A DNA stretch of 63,814 nt, filler included, from Octopus bimaculoides (lineage: Eukaryota), in assembly GCF_001194135.2 (NCBI RefSeq). It is 5 parts of 5 records of this genome, joined end to end, with 100 filler letters (N's around TTAATTAATTAA, not from the genome) between each part and the next. Parts side by side here need not be neighbours in the genome. Positions count along the whole stretch, not along the records: positions 1 to 30,207 come from NC_068985.1; 4 more parts are not named here. One strand, written 5' to 3'. Under the pieces are notes generated by a model, which was not told the DNA's origin, searched no databases, and saw only the letters and a list, made by a program, of their open reading frames with translations. Of the stretch, positions 1 to 14,399 are shown piece by piece (position 1 is the first letter of the stretch; the number at the start of each line of letters is the position of its first letter). The position numbers and the translations under genes were made by a program.

Positions 1-32
<32 letters not shown>

Positions 33-506
33 GATATATATATACATTTATGTATATATGTATGTGCTATTCGGGCAAAGAGATAGGGAATGGTGTGAGA
101 GGGAGAGAGAGAGACAAAAAAAGAGAGGGAGAGAGAGAGAGACAAAAAGAGAGAGAGAGAGACAAAAAGAGAGTGAGAGAGAGAGACAAAAAGAGAGAGG
201 GGGAGAGAGAGAGACAAAAAGAGAGAGGGGGAGAGAGAGAGAGAGGGGAAAGACAGGCAGACTGACGGACGTACAGAGTGAGTGACAGAAAGAAAGTTCT
301 GACAGAGTGGCAGACAGAGGAAGAGAGAGAAAGAAAGGAGAGGCATATAGATAAAAACCTATATACCTGTAGATACGTTTCCTTATACATATTCCCAGAG
401 AGTTAGAAATACGTAGTAAAAAAAAAACAAATAGAAAAAAACACTCAAACATTTATATACCCATTCTCTGACTCTGTGTTTCTTTCACTCTCTCTTTCAT
501 TCTCTA

Positions 507-548
<42 letters not shown>

Positions 549-2776
549 TCTCTCTCTCTCTCCAATGATGAATCCTAGAATTCATAAGAAAGTCCTCTCT
601 CTTTCTTTCTGTCTGTCTCTCCTGTCAGTCTGTTTGGCTCACTTTTCTCTCTCTCCTTCTCTCTCACTCTCATTCTCTCTCCTCCTCTCTATCTTTCTCT
701 TTCTCGCCCTCTCTTCTTCTCTGTCTTTCTCTCTCGGTTTCTCTCTCTCAACTTTGATGAATTTCCCAGGAATTCAACATTATTCTTTGTAAGAATTACT
801 ATTAAATAGATGTTTATNNNNNNNNNNNNNNNNNNNNNNNNNNNNNNNNNNNNNNNNNNNNNNNNNNNNNNNNNNNNNNNNNNNNNNNNNNNNNNNNNNN
901 NNNNNNNNNNNNNNNNNNNNNNNNNNNNNNNNNNNNNNNNNNNNNNNNNNNNNNNNNNNNNNNNNNNNNNNNNNNNNNNNNNNNNNNNNNNNNNNNNNNN
1001 NNNNNNNNNNNNNNNNNNNNNNNNNNNNNNNNNNNNNNNNNNNNNNNNNNNNNNNNNNNNNNNNNNNNNNNNNNNNNNNNNNNNNNNNNNNNNNNNNNNN
1101 NNNNNNNNNNNNNNNNNNNNNNNNNNNNNNNNNNNNNNNNNNNNNNNNNNNNNNNNNNNNNNNNNNNNNNNNNNNNNNNNNNNNNNNNNNNNNNNNNNNN
1201 NNNNNNNNNNNNNNNNNNNNNNNNNNNNNNNNNNNNNNNNNNNNNNNNNNNNNNNNNNNNNNNNNNNNNNNNNNNNNNNNNNNNNNNNNNNNNNNNNNNN
1301 NNNNNNNNNNNNNNNNNNNNNNNNNNNNNNNNNNNNNNNNNNNNNNNNNNNNNNNNNNNNNNNNNNNNNNNNNNNNNNNNNNNNNNNNNNNNNNNNNNNN
1401 NNNNNNNNNNNNNNNNNNNNNNNNNNNNNNNNNNNNNNNNNNNNNNNNNNNNNNNNNNNNNNNNNNNNNNNNNNNNNNNNTATATATATATATATATGAA
1501 TACGTGCATACGTATATGGTTACTAACGATAGTTCTGTGAATTATAGAATTATGCGTTTATATTTTGTATATCTAAGCACTTTATGACAACTATACCCTA
1601 CGTATGTATGTTGTATTGTATAATTCTGAAAACGCTGTGGAAAATAAGGTATCTAATTTTTGAAATACTCGATAGCATATAAAACGCTCCCGAACTTGTT
1701 CTACACAAAACAACAGATATAAAAGCTTACAACACAATATTTACTGCTCACAAAATTTTAGCAGTATTTATGTATGAAATATTCACTCTATGCGATCTTA
1801 TTTGACACGACGATGTGATATCTCGTAGAAGAGTTACGGCTCTTAAATAATAAAACTGTGATCTATCCCTGTAAAAACTTAAAAAGATCTTATTTATGCT
1901 GTTAATCGAAAGCTCGGTATGCTGCATGCCGGTAGCTTTCAGGGATTATCAGGAAAGCATGCGTACCAATTTGGGACCTTCCTCTCGACGGCTTTATAAC
2001 GTACCAGCCCACCTCACTGATTATAGTGGACTAAGATAACATGAGCTGAATGGATGTCATTGCACCTCCGGAAGTGGAGTTTCAAAGCGGTTGCTTGAGT
2101 CGCTAGGAATACCGACTAAATCTTCCTCAATCTGACATCCGATTTCCTCAAAAAAGAAGGTCACGTTTGATCATGTCGTCTTGCATGCATTAATCTTTAG
2201 AACAAAAATGAAAAAACAAAAGTTTCAACTGAGAGCCTTACATCATGAGTTTACTTAATGAAGTTTTGCGTGGAGCTAAACAACCATGCCAACAACGCCA
2301 GTAACAACTTATGGCTATTCATCCGATAATCTTGGTTCCCAAAGATTATCGGGGCAATAGCAATGTATATAATAATCTTAAGTGACGAAAAGAATAAAAT
2401 ATACGATATAGTAAAAATGTATATGTATCTAATCGTACCTGTGTTTCTCTTCGTCCGTATACGTACGTGTATCTTCCCTTGGGTGAACTTGAACGCTCAT
2501 ACACATAACCCAATCTCTCTAGATCTATCCAGCCGTGGTCTTGAACTTATAATTCATTATCAGACTTCCTTTCCTTCCTATCAATCCTCATTCACTGCAA
2601 TTTCATCTTCCTTTCTCTGTCTCTTCATTTATCTTTCGCTTCCGTTATCCAACCATATATTCATCAATCACTCACTTTAACAACGCGCGCGCACGCACAA
2701 ACATAAATATGTGTGTGTGTGTGTACATATATATGCATATACGTATACATAGATAGATAGATAGATAGATAGATAT

Positions 2777-2823
<47 letters not shown>

Positions 2824-2897
2824 TGTCTTTCTAGTCATCCATCCATCTATTTATATTCATAGTGAGTCATGTGACTTATGTTTCCGATAAACTATCT

Positions 2898-3012
<115 letters not shown>

Positions 3013-3573
3013 TTGTATCTCGCAAGACAACCAATTCTAACATTTCACCCTCCAGTTAGTCAACCAGTGATCCAAATACCTATGGCTTTATCCATCCAAA
3101 ACCAGGCGTCATCTAATAAATCCGACTATTTGTTTGCTTTATCTCACTGAAAGACAAAGACGAGAGAGTGGGAGAAAGAGAGAAAACAAGCTGTTACCTG
3201 ATTCAGTGGCAACAATTGATTAACATTCGTAATGGAAGATGACATTAGATCACTTATTTTTGCTTTTTATTAACTTCTTCACCTTAGAAGCATTTGCTGC
3301 AAACAACCGCTTGATCACCTCGGTTACCGTAGCTATGACGACTGTGAGATTGCGTTAGCAACGCTGATTAGGACTCAGGCTTGAAAAATAAATAAGCGGT
3401 GCAGTAAGTGTCAGCATTATAATTTCATGAGTACTCCTCGTATTTTATTGAGCCAACGAGTGATCAATAATGTGTCAATGCTACATATATATATATTATA
3501 TGTATATGTATATACATATATCTATATATATATATGTATATATACATATATATATATGTATATATGTGTTTAT

Positions 3574-3618
<45 letters not shown>

Positions 3619-4231
3619 CTTAAACATACGGACACACAATACACATCACATATACACGCACACATACGTACATACATACATACATACATACATACATACA
3701 TACATACATACATACATACATACATACATACATAGAACGACGATATTATACTGAAATACACATCCCGAAAAGTAGAGAATTTGAGCAACACGTAGAGAAT
3801 AGCAGCATTTTCTGAACCTGCAATAAGTATATCACATCTCACCTAATATATATATCATATGATATATGTGTGTATGTAACTGTGAGTGTGTGTATAGATA
3901 TACGTATTTATTTATTTATTTACTCGTTTATTTATTCATTCATTCATTAACATTCGTGTTCCTGCCTGGAATTCCCAACCTGGACAGCCGATTCTTCTGA
4001 CTAGTCAAACTAGACGAAAACGAAGTCAGACTTGTCTGTAGAAATGATAGCAGCCGTCAAAACTACAGAATAACGGACCGGTGAATCGATGAAAAATGTC
4101 CTTTTGCATCAACGGATGTGTGCGTGTGCGTATGTGTGTGAGAGAGAGCGCCTGCGTTAATGCATGTCTCTCTGTATATCTAGCCATCTATCTATCTATC
4201 TCTACCTCTCTCTCACTCTCCCTCTCTTATA

Positions 4232-4309
<78 letters not shown>

Positions 4310-5191
4310 NNNNNNNNNNNNNNNNNNNNNNNNNNNNNNNNNNNNNNNNNNNNNNNNNNNNNNNNNNNNNNNNNNNNNNNNNNNNNNNNNNNNNNNNNNN
4401 NNNNNNNNNNNNNNNNNNNNNNNNNNNNNNNNNNNNNNNNNNNNNNNNNNNNNNNNNNNNNNNNNNNNNNNNNNNNNNNNNNNNNNNNNNNNNNNNNNNN
4501 NNNNNNNNNNNNNNNNNNNNNNNNNNNNNNNNNNNNNNNNNNNNNNNNNNNNNNNNNNNNNNNNNNNNNNNNNNNNNNNNNNNNNNNNNNNNNNNNNNNN
4601 NNNNNNNNNNNNNNNNNNNNNNNNNNNNNNNNNNNNNNNNNNNNNNNNNNNNNNNNNNNNNNNNNNNNNNNNNNNNNNNNNNNNNNNNNNNNNNNNNNNN
4701 NNNNNNNNNNNNNNNNNNNNNNNNNNNNNNNNNNNNNNNNNNNNNNNNNNNNNNNNNNNNNNNNNNNNNNNNNNNNNNNNNNNNNNNNNNNNNNNNNNNN
4801 NNNNNNNNNNNNNNNNNNNNNNNNNNNNNNNNNNNNNNNNNNNNNNNNNNNNNNNNNNNNNNNNNNNNNNNNNNNNNNNNNNNNNNNNNNNNNNNNNNNN
4901 NNNNNNNNNNNNNNNNNNNNNNNNNNNNNNNNNNNNNNNNNNNNNNNNNNNNNNNNNNNNNNNNNNNNNNNNNNNNNNNNNNNNNNNNNNNNNNNNNNNN
5001 NNNNNNNNNNNNNNNNNNNNNNNNNNNNNNNNNNNNNNNNNNNNNNNNNNNNNNNNNNNNNNNNNNNNNNNNNNNNNNNNNNNNNNNNNNNNNNNNNNNN
5101 NNNNNNNNNNNNNNNNNNNNNNNNNNNNNNNNNNNNNNNNNNNNNNNNNNNNNNNNNNNNNNNNNNNNNNNNNNNNNNNNNNNNNNNNNNN

Positions 5192-5232
<41 letters not shown>

Positions 5233-5744
5233 GTATGTATGCATGTATATGTGTGTGTATGTGTGTATGTGAGTGTGTGTGTGTGTGTGTTTGTGTGTAT
5301 GTGTGTATGTAATTATGTGTGTATAGATGGAGATAGATAGACAGAGAGAGAAGGGGGAATAGAAATAAAGAACGAAAGAAACTGACAGATCGACATACAT
5401 ATATATGAAAGCATACATACATATTTATACATTCATGTGACTGTGGTGGGGGGGGGAGGGTTGTGAATTATATATTTCTTCTGTTGCCACTCTTGCCGCT
5501 TGTTTTTGTTGCTCCATTTGCTTGTAACTTCCATCTTAGTATTGTATATTATTTTGTGAATGTTTGCTTGTCTTGTCTGAGTGTTTTTGCATTTCATAAT
5601 AATTTTCTAGGTTTTCGGTTTCGTATTATGTATTGTTGCTTCCTTTCTTCATGTCTATTTTTTTTTCTTTTTTCTGTGTTTGTCCCTTGGCCTCAACGGC
5701 AACGAACAAGATATTATCATGAAACTAAGAACAATCCTTCTAGA

Positions 5745-6150
5745 CATGGCGCAGGCAAGATGGCGTGGCTAAGAATTCTGCTTTGCAGCCACGTTCTTTT
5801 GAGGTTCACTCCTTCTGCGTGACGCTTTGGGTAACTGTCTTCTACTGTATCCTCAGGCCGACCAATGCCTTGTAAATCAATTTGTTAAGTGGGAATTACG
5901 TTGAAGCCCGTTGCATATATGTGTCTGTATATCGTTTTTTTTTTTTTTAATGTTTGTCACTCCACACCGCTTGAAATCAAAGTTGACTTGTTTATGTCTC
6001 CCTAACTTAGCCGTTCAGCAAAGGAGTCAATAAAGTAAGTAACAGGCTTTAAAAAATAAGTGCCGGGGTTGATCTCTTCGCCTAAACCCCTTCAATGTGA
6101 TGCCTCAGTATGGCTGCAGTCCAATAACTGAAAAATGTAAGAAGTAAACG
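5745..6150 (+). mobile_element. Degenerate tRNA-derived SINE, family B (head plus 3' module)
   Basis: Head GGCGCAGGCAAGATGGCGTGGCTAAG...GTCTTCTACTGTATCCTCAGGCCGACCAATGCCTTG and tail ...CAGTATGGCTGCAGTCCAATAACTGAAA match the reverse complements of 24290-24940 and 43325-43700. Confidence 0.75.
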
Positions 6151-6371
6151 ATAAAATATACTTTCCCGTCTCAGTTTCTCTCCACAGCTACTGTTCCAAT
6201 GCTGAGTACCGATAATTAAGTAATAGAACAAAGACTGTGCAGTGTTTTCTAAGGAACCAAATGAATGTGAAACAATGTTTTAAAAGTTCTGCTGCAAGGG
6301 GTTATCTAGTTGTGCCTCAGATTTGTGAACGCTTCGAAAGGAAACGCTATTCGTAAATTATTTTATAGTTG

Positions 6372-6914
6372 ACTAGCAGTATAACCCGACGTTGTCCGGG
6401 TGTGACTTATTACGCCACCTACGATAAGTCTTGCTTTTGTCTTTTTTCTTGGATCGTTCATAAGAGAAAGTAGCAATTGAAACAATGTGTAAGAGGAATA
6501 GAAATAGTTAATTTTAGAGGGGCAAAGTAATTTTGTATGTACTTTTAGTATCTGTCATTACAGTATCGAAATGTGATTTGATACTGAAATAGTTTTCTTT
6601 TTCTCCTTCCTTTATTTTTGTATTTGTTGTTGGATTTTTCGTAAAGGCTCATTAAGAGAAAGTAGGAGTTGAAAGGATTTGTATTAGAAAGAGGAAATTA
6701 GATTTTATTAGTGAGAAAATGTTTACTCGTGTAGTTTTATGGATTATATTCGTTATTAGGAAATTTTTGGAGTGAAAATATGACGCAGTGACCTAACTTA
6801 TTGCATTTAGAATATTAATTGCGATTGTTTAATCGAAGAAATTTGGAATTGTGTAAATGTATGAATTTTAAACATACACACACACACAGAAAATCTGCCT
6901 TTTATAGTATAGAT
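6372..6914 (+). mobile_element. Non-autonomous Helitron/Helentron-like element
   Basis: 5' end ACTAGCAGTATAACCCGACGTTGTCCGGGT (subterminal hairpin CCCG...CGGG); 3' end (CA)n...CTTTTATAGTATAGAT; internal imperfect direct repeat (TAAGAGAAAGTAG at ~6460 and ~6654). The end structure matches my recollection of DINE-1/HINE-type elements. Confidence 0.6.
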
Positions 6915-7361
6915 AAAAGAAGGCAAGCAATAGCTTTGTGTGTGTGTATGTGTGTGTGTGTTTGAGCATGCCTGTTTGTGTGTGTATAAGTGTGAGTGCG
7001 TGTGTTATACATGTTTATACACAGGGAGAGAGCGACAGATAGACAGACAGACAGACAAACAGACAGGCAGAGAAGGAGAGACAGGTAGAGAAGGGGAGAG
7101 AGTGCACACAGTTGTAACGAAAAGTACAACACACAGAAGGAGTAAGAAAAAATAAACACGAAGTTAGCATTAGTTTCCAGGAAGTAGAAGAATAAAAGGT
7201 AATGCCTTTAGCGTTTCGCGTATTTCACGTATTCACATATGTTCCGAAAGATAGGATAAAATAGAACGGTGAAAGAAAATTGAAGCAATTGAAACGCAGG
7301 TGTTTCCAACCATCACGGCATATATAATTTCATATATATATAAATGTGTGTGTGTGTGTGT

Positions 7362-7429
<68 letters not shown>

Positions 7430-7431
<2 letters not shown>

Positions 7432-7582
7432 GCGCAATGGCCCAGTGGTTAGGGCAGCGGACTTGCGGTCGTAGGATTGCAGTTACGATTCCCAGACGAG
7501 TGTTTATTGAGCAAAAACACCTAAAGCTTCACAAGGCTCCGGCAGGGGGTGGTGGCGAACCCTGGTGCACACTTTCACCAGA
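7430..7582 (+). mobile_element. tRNA-derived SINE, family C (5' part)
   Basis: A-box TGGCCCAGTGG at 7438 and B-box-like GTTACGATTCC at 7482, followed by AAAACACCTAAAGCT...GGCAGGGGGTGGTGGCGAACCC, which is shared with 28791-29090. Confidence 0.85.
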
Positions 7583-8400
7583 TCTACATTTATATGCCTG
7601 TAGACATCTTGAGAGTTTTTCAGAAATTCTATTAATGATCTTCTCATTAGTCAACAGAATAGACAAGGATTCCTTGGAGCAGAGATGGCATCTCCTGGAA
7701 ATTATATTGTATGGTTTCGCGTGCCTTACTCTGACCCAAATTATGCTGTTCTTAATTTTATCCTTCTTCAGTCGCCATACAAAATCGGTCAAAGATTGAA
7801 TATCTTTTATTGATTGGCGACATGGTTGCGATAACGATTCTTAAATGAATCAGCCGTCTGCCCAATGTAAACAAAGCGCCCTCCCCTTGTGTGCATGGTA
7901 CATTTATATACAAGATTTGTACTCATACAGAGGTTCATCAAAGGACATTTTGATATTTCTCTGTATGAGCATTTATCATATTTATTTGTATATAAGGCAC
8001 TTCCGACTCCATTTTCCGACGTTGTTACAGTGTTAGCTGTATCGTAAGCATTTCTACTACTACAAATTGATCGTAGTTGATGTTTATCATTGCTGTTTAC
8101 ATCTCCTTTGTAAATATTCAGATGCGTATGTCGCTAGATTCAGTTGGTGGTTTATTGAACCTTTGTCGCATTTTACTCTTGTTTATGCGATGTATAAGCT
8201 CCTCTAAATTTGCAAAGTTAGCGTAGGATACCTTCACGGTGTTCCGATTAAAAATAGCATGATGCCGATTAGATTTAGGAAAATTTTTGTCCAAAGCAGC
8301 AAAAACTCCTCCAGCGATCTTGGTTGAAACATGCGAACTGAAAATTGGGTTGAATTAGAGGACATCCTGATTTCTAAATCTGTTGTTGGGCTTATTTGAT
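7583..8400 (-). mobile_element. Penelope-like retroelement fragment (post-RT linker and GIY-YIG endonuclease), degenerate
   Basis: The minus strand reads RNQDVL*FNPIFSSHVSTKIAGGVFAALDKNFPKSNRHHAIFNRNTVKVSYANF, then CSYREISKCPLMNLC..LVYKCTMHTRGGRFVYIGQTADSFKNRYRNH..LTDFVWRLK..RRCHLCSKE..INRISE..SRC. These match the WFNPP / FNRNTVKVSYS / CxC-CPL-C / VY-YIG / RCxLC motifs of Penelope-like ORFs. Stops and frameshifts are present. Confidence 0.88.
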
Positions 8401-8639
8401 CGATTGTGTTGTATAGGATTGGAACAATTTACATTGTAACAAGCAGTTAGATTATTATGTCGCGTGTGTCTATAAGTTTAGTATCAATTATATATATTAT
8501 ATATTACATTTTAATTTAAGATTATAGGTTGTTTGATTTCAATTTTCCGTGCAGAGTTCGCCAGTAAATTTTTATTTGATATTCAGTGCGTCACGAGTAT
8601 CATTTGGTACCTTACAATATGCTTTCACTGATTGCTTTA

Positions 8640-8900
8640 ATGCACTCTTAATGTCATAAGCAGGTATAGCCACCCTCTCAACTCATTAACTTCCACTCCT
8701 GCGAAACATCCAAGATGTGACAGTCAGAGGGTGAGATGGCTGCACTAGCACCTGGCTGGTACGCATCACAGCTGAGTAGAATAGAGCAACGTGAAATAAT
8801 GTGCCATGTTCATGAAAGCAACGCGCTGCCCAGTCCAGGAATCGATCACGCAGCCTTGTGATTGCTAGCCCTTACAATCCTAACCATTAGGCTACACGCC
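8640..8900 (-). mobile_element. Degenerate tRNA-derived SINE with CORE-like segment, family D
   Basis: ACAGCTGAGTAGAATAGAGCAACGTGAAATAATGTGCCATGTTCATG...CCAGGAATCGATC...CTAACCATTAGGCTACACGCC is the antisense of a tRNA head plus core. A related copy lies at 29275-29412. Confidence 0.65.
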
Positions 8901-8971
8901 TTCACTGCTGTGCCGTCTTGATTTCCTATTTCCTGTTCACCGTTTGTGTTACCGCTGCTGCTGTTCTTGAT

Positions 8972-9042
<71 letters not shown>

Positions 9043-10484
9043 TGTTGTTGTTGTTGTTGTTTTTGTTGTTGTTGTTGCTGTTGTTGTTCTTGTGTTTGTG
9101 ATTTGGCTTCAGTTCTTCTCTGGTCGAGGCAGAAGTATGATCAAAGCCATTCCGGCCGTGAGCAGTTATCTCAGGCCTTCGTCTTCTCCCATCGTATTCA
9201 TTTCTTTTCAAATTCAAATACACTACATCCCTCAGATCTTTCAATTCCATACAACATGTAACAGCTTCAGGAACTTGAAGGACAAAAGCCCATGACGAAG
9301 AAATCGAATGAGATCGAATTTTAAGAATTATATTTTCAATTATATGAAGTTTTGTATTTCTTCATTTAGACATAAATACCTTAGAAATATTGAAGATCAG
9401 TCATTGGTTCAGGAATAACAATAAGAACTTCAATGGAATTCTTTCAAATAGAATTCCTTTTCAGTTAAATGTGTAATGAATTTATTAATCTTTACGCTGC
9501 ATTGTGTTATCTGTAATTATCTCTTGATGTCAATCCTACACCGCTATCTTATCTCAACTGCATTCTATTATTATATGACAACAACTAAACGATATAATAA
9601 CACAAAGAACCTTATTCGTAGTCACTGGACCTACTAAAGATAGGAGTCAGATTCCTCTCAAAAGCAGTACTGCCTTTTAAAAAGAGCACACCTGGGCCTG
9701 CTAAAGTTAGTAGTTGTATTTCACGCTAAAATATGCCTTACAATCTTTCAAAAATATACACTGGCTTAAGGAGTCGTAGATACACATCGTGAAGAAAAGT
9801 TGTTTTTTTTAATATAACAGCGAAATAATTACAGCAACAATACATTATCATGGGCCGGCTTCGTGCGGATCTGCCCGAAATTAAGTAAGAAACGCAACAC
9901 ATTTCAGCTTTTTCCCAACTTATGCGGTTTCAGCAATTGCTGACAATGCTTTAATGTGTTTGTGTAATGGTTGCACGCTTGTGTTTGCTTTTATCTGAAA
10001 GAGAAAAATACAACTAAACAGGATAGAAATTTTCAAAGATGTTTCTAATATTCCTCACGTGTATACAAATAGCTAAAGAGAAATAGAACTATTTATAGAT
10101 GCACTTATACATATATAGATGAACCCGTTGAACTACCGCTAGAAACCTTACCCGGCCCTCAAACAGTTCAGACAAATCAACACCGTAAGTGAAGAGACTT
10201 GCAGAAGTTTCTAAGTAGTGGACTGGATCCAGAACCATGTGGCTGGAAGGCAAATTTCTTTCGGCGTGATTTCTAGTAATGCCTTCTATATTTAATCTAA
10301 GCATTATTTATGTATGTATGCGTGTGTGTATCTTTGTATATGCACATATACTAACTGAATATCCCGGCAATTTTTACTATAGAATACCTTCCCCGACAGA
10401 GAGGCCGCTTCATCAGGACAGATTTGTGCAATTTAAGCACTAAGATGCTAACAGAAAGACAGACAAACAGAAATTGTTATTGGT

Positions 10485-10531
<47 letters not shown>

Positions 10532-10789
10532 NNNNNNNNNNNNNNNNNNNNNNNNNNNNNNNNNNNNNNNNNNNNNNNNNNNNNNNNNNNNNNNNNNNNN
10601 NNNNNNNNNNNNNNNNNNNNNNNNNNNNNNNNNNNNNNNNNNNNNNNNNNNNNNNNNNNNNNNNNNNNNNNNNNNNNNNNNNNNNNNNNNNNNNNNNNNN
10701 NNNNNNNNNNNNNNNNNNNNNNNNNNNNNNNNNNNNNNNNNNNNNNNNNNNNNNNNNNNNNNNNNNNNNNNNNNNNNNNNNNNNNNNNN

Positions 10790-10855
<66 letters not shown>

Positions 10856-11339
10856 CGGCAACTATTTAAGTAAAAATAATTGCAAAACTAAAATTAGTTC
10901 CCCACAACTTCCCTTAGGAAGTTTCCATTTTTTATAATTTTGTCTCCTAATTACTTGTCTCCTCTCAGTTGATCACAGTATTTCAGCTCACTATATTTCT
11001 TTCTTTCTCTTATTACACACTACCTTAAACAGATGATAAATCCTTATTTATCTATATAATTTTATGAGAGAGTATTCTAACTCTGAAAGCAATGAAATAT
11101 ATATCTTTTGAAATTGTTGACAGAAAGAGATACATGACTGTAAAATTAGGTACACAACACAAATATAAACGCTTAACGTTCAAAGAATCGTTGAAGCAAC
11201 ACCCTACAATTCCAATCAACGAAAATGACACTATACGATTTTTACACTGTCAAGATGTGAGTGAATAGAAAAAAATTATTAATGATAGTGTCTTGTTTGA
11301 ATGATACATTTATTCATATCTTCATCTTTGTGGTATATT

Positions 11340-11371
<32 letters not shown>

Positions 11372-11424
11372 CGTATGTATTTATGTAGACATATATATAT
11401 TCATATATATATATATCAAATATA

Positions 11425-11464
<40 letters not shown>

Positions 11465-11601
11465 TATATATACATATAAATAATATAGATGTACATATAT
11501 TTGTAAACATATATATATACATATGTATTGTGTGTATACATGTATATACATGAATGTATTCATATATTTTTATGTATATATACTAATTCATATAATAATA
11601 T

Positions 11602-11652
<51 letters not shown>

Positions 11653-12701
11653 TATAAAAATTAATATATATATGTACAATATATTTATATATACGTAAAT
11701 ATCTTTGCATATTTATGTGTATATATTCATATATTCATACACACACACACACACAAACACAAACACATATATATGTGTGTTTTTATGTATATGTATATGA
11801 TTGTGCCCATATACATACATCAAAGCCTAATAGGAAGCTATCAATAAATTTCCTCCTTCAAGAAACTTACTTTGAAAAGGATTTAATTATTATTATTAAC
11901 AAAATTCACTTTGCCAAAATCTGACTACTTTTGCTTCTCCTAAGTGTCGTAAAACTTGCAAATTATTCCTTTTAATGCTCCATCTCTAGACTTACTTAAA
12001 ACACGAATGCCAAAAGCAAAAAAAAAGATTGCCATCATCGTCATCGATATCATAGGTTTTGTAGTTTTTGTTGTTCTTGATTTTCGACGTCATCGTCACT
12101 GTTGTTAACGTTTTTGAAGCAAACTTCGATTAAAACGTTGTGAGTCATTTAGATTTTGCGCAACTGGTACAGCCAGTGTTTTGAAGATGGACTACTCTCA
12201 ACGTCTAGCCAACAGTCATCGCTACCGAACCGTGAAACAAGATCAGTAACATTTCTTCTTCTAACGATTCCTCGCCCTCCTTCGACTCTGCTGTTAGACC
12301 AACTGTGCTTGAGAAGCCTGCCATGTATCTCGTACACAACAAGTATAACGTATACAGCAAGTCATGTTAGCAAACATGTATTATGGGTGCAGAAAAGTCA
12401 GTAATACTAAAGACAGGACCAACATTCAGACTACTAACAGTGTTTGGGGGTTATTTTAAGTAGTTTAGATTAATGTAAATTTAGGGTCTACACCGACCGA
12501 CTTGCCAAAAGTGAATTAGTCTTTAATTGTTTATTCTCCCTGCAACTGTGATTAGCATTCATTGAAATATCTTAATTCATTACGATATGTAAGTAAACAA
12601 GCTTTTTACTATATCATTCATATTTGTGATGATAAGACAATAATGCTAGTTCCCGTTTGTACCCTTAATAAAGTGGGAACATGTATGTGGGATGTATATA
12701 C

Positions 12702-12749
<48 letters not shown>

Positions 12750-12785
12750 TGATGTGTGCGTGTATGTGTGCATGTATGTGTGTAT

Positions 12786-12826
<41 letters not shown>

Positions 12827-13254
12827 NNNNNNNNNNNNNNNNNNNNNNNNNNNNNNNNNNNNNNNNNNNNNNNNNNNNNNNNNNNNNNNNNNNNNNNNNN
12901 NNNNNNNNNNNNNNNNNNNNNNNNNNNNNNNNNNNNNNNNNNNNNNNNNNNNNNNNNNNNNNNNNNNNNNNNNNNNNNNNNNNNNNNNNNNNNNNNNNNN
13001 NNNNNNNNNNNNNNNNNNNNNNNNNNNNNNNNNNNNNNNNNNNNNNNNNNNNNNNNNNNNNNNNNNNNNNNNNNNNNNNNNNNNNNNNNNNNNNNNNNNN
13101 NNNNNNNNNNNNNNNNNNNNNNNNNNNNNNNNNNNNNNNNNNNNNNNNNNNNNNNNNNNNNNNNNNNNNNNNNNNNNNNNNNNNNNNNNNNNNNNNNNNN
13201 NNNNNNNNNNNNNNNNNNNNNNNNNNNNNNNNNNNNNNNNNNNNNNNNNNNAGC

Positions 13255-13465
13255 AATGGGGTGGTAGAATCGTTAACGCGCCGGGCAAAATGCTTAGTGG
13301 TATATCGTCCGTCTTTACATACTGAGTTCATATTCCACCGAGATTGATTTTGCCTTTCGTTCTTCGAGGTCGATAAAATAAGTACCAGTTGAGCACTGGG
13401 GTCGATGTAATCGACTACCCGTTCGCCCTAATCCGCTGGCCTTGTACCAAATTTTTTGAAACTAA
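13255..13465 (+). mobile_element. tRNA-derived SINE, family A
   Basis: GGCAAAATGCTTAGTGGT...TGAGTTCATATTCC...GGTCGATAAAATAAGTACCAGTT...GGGGTCGATGTAATCGACT; same family as 26222, 43084, 59148 and 63036. Confidence 0.9.
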
Positions 13466-14121
13466 TATCTATCTATCTGTGAGAGAAATAGTGGAAGTAG
13501 ATAGAAAATAGATAGATAGAGAGATAGAGAGAGAGAGAAAGAGAGCTAACCAAACAGGAGGAGAAAAGAGACACTAAAACCGTGTTGTCGCATTTCACAT
13601 TCTTAAGACTCATTGCACAATTAAATTGATTAAAGTGGCGTCATAATTTGATCCTGGATAGATAAAGGCAAAATCAACATTTGAACTCAGAATGCCAAAG
13701 GACGTAACACCCACATGATGATGAAAAATGGTCAATTACCAGAGACAGTTGCGCAACAGGTTTAAAAGGTTTACAGTAATACAGTTCATACGCATACATT
13801 TTAGGTCGAAATCCCGCTGGATAGGAAGTAAACGTCAATATTTGCCTTTCATCATAACGCCTTCAATAAGAACTGTTATTGGCAACTCTTCATGAGTATC
13901 ATCATTATGAAGAAAGCTATTTATTTCGCTCTTCTGTGTTCTTCTGTGTTCTGTAATCAAACCTAGCGAAGATCGTACATTGCTTTTCAACATATCAGGT
14001 TTGAGAGTCGATAAAATAAAATACTGCAGCGAGTCGACTCCTGCAGTCGATTAAATCCACTCACTAATATTTGGGACTACTGGGAATTGCAGTAACAGCA
14101 GCAACAGCAGCAGCAGTAGCT

Positions 14122-14178
<57 letters not shown>

Positions 14179-14344
14179 AAGTTGGCGCGAAGTACAATTT
14201 CAGCGATAACAAAATGAAAGAAACAATAATCTGTCCGCAATTTCTTTTGATCCGTTTTTACTTTCCTCCTCTTTTATTCTCTCATTTATTTCTGTCTGTC
14301 TGCCCGCGTGTGTCCCTTCATCTCACACACTCTACATATTTCTC

Positions 14345-14399
<55 letters not shown>

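Noticed and set aside
7430-7500. tRNA gene
   Set aside because: A- and B-box-like motifs are present, but there is no complete cloverleaf or acceptor stem, and the sequence continues into a SINE body. The same applies to the other SINE heads.
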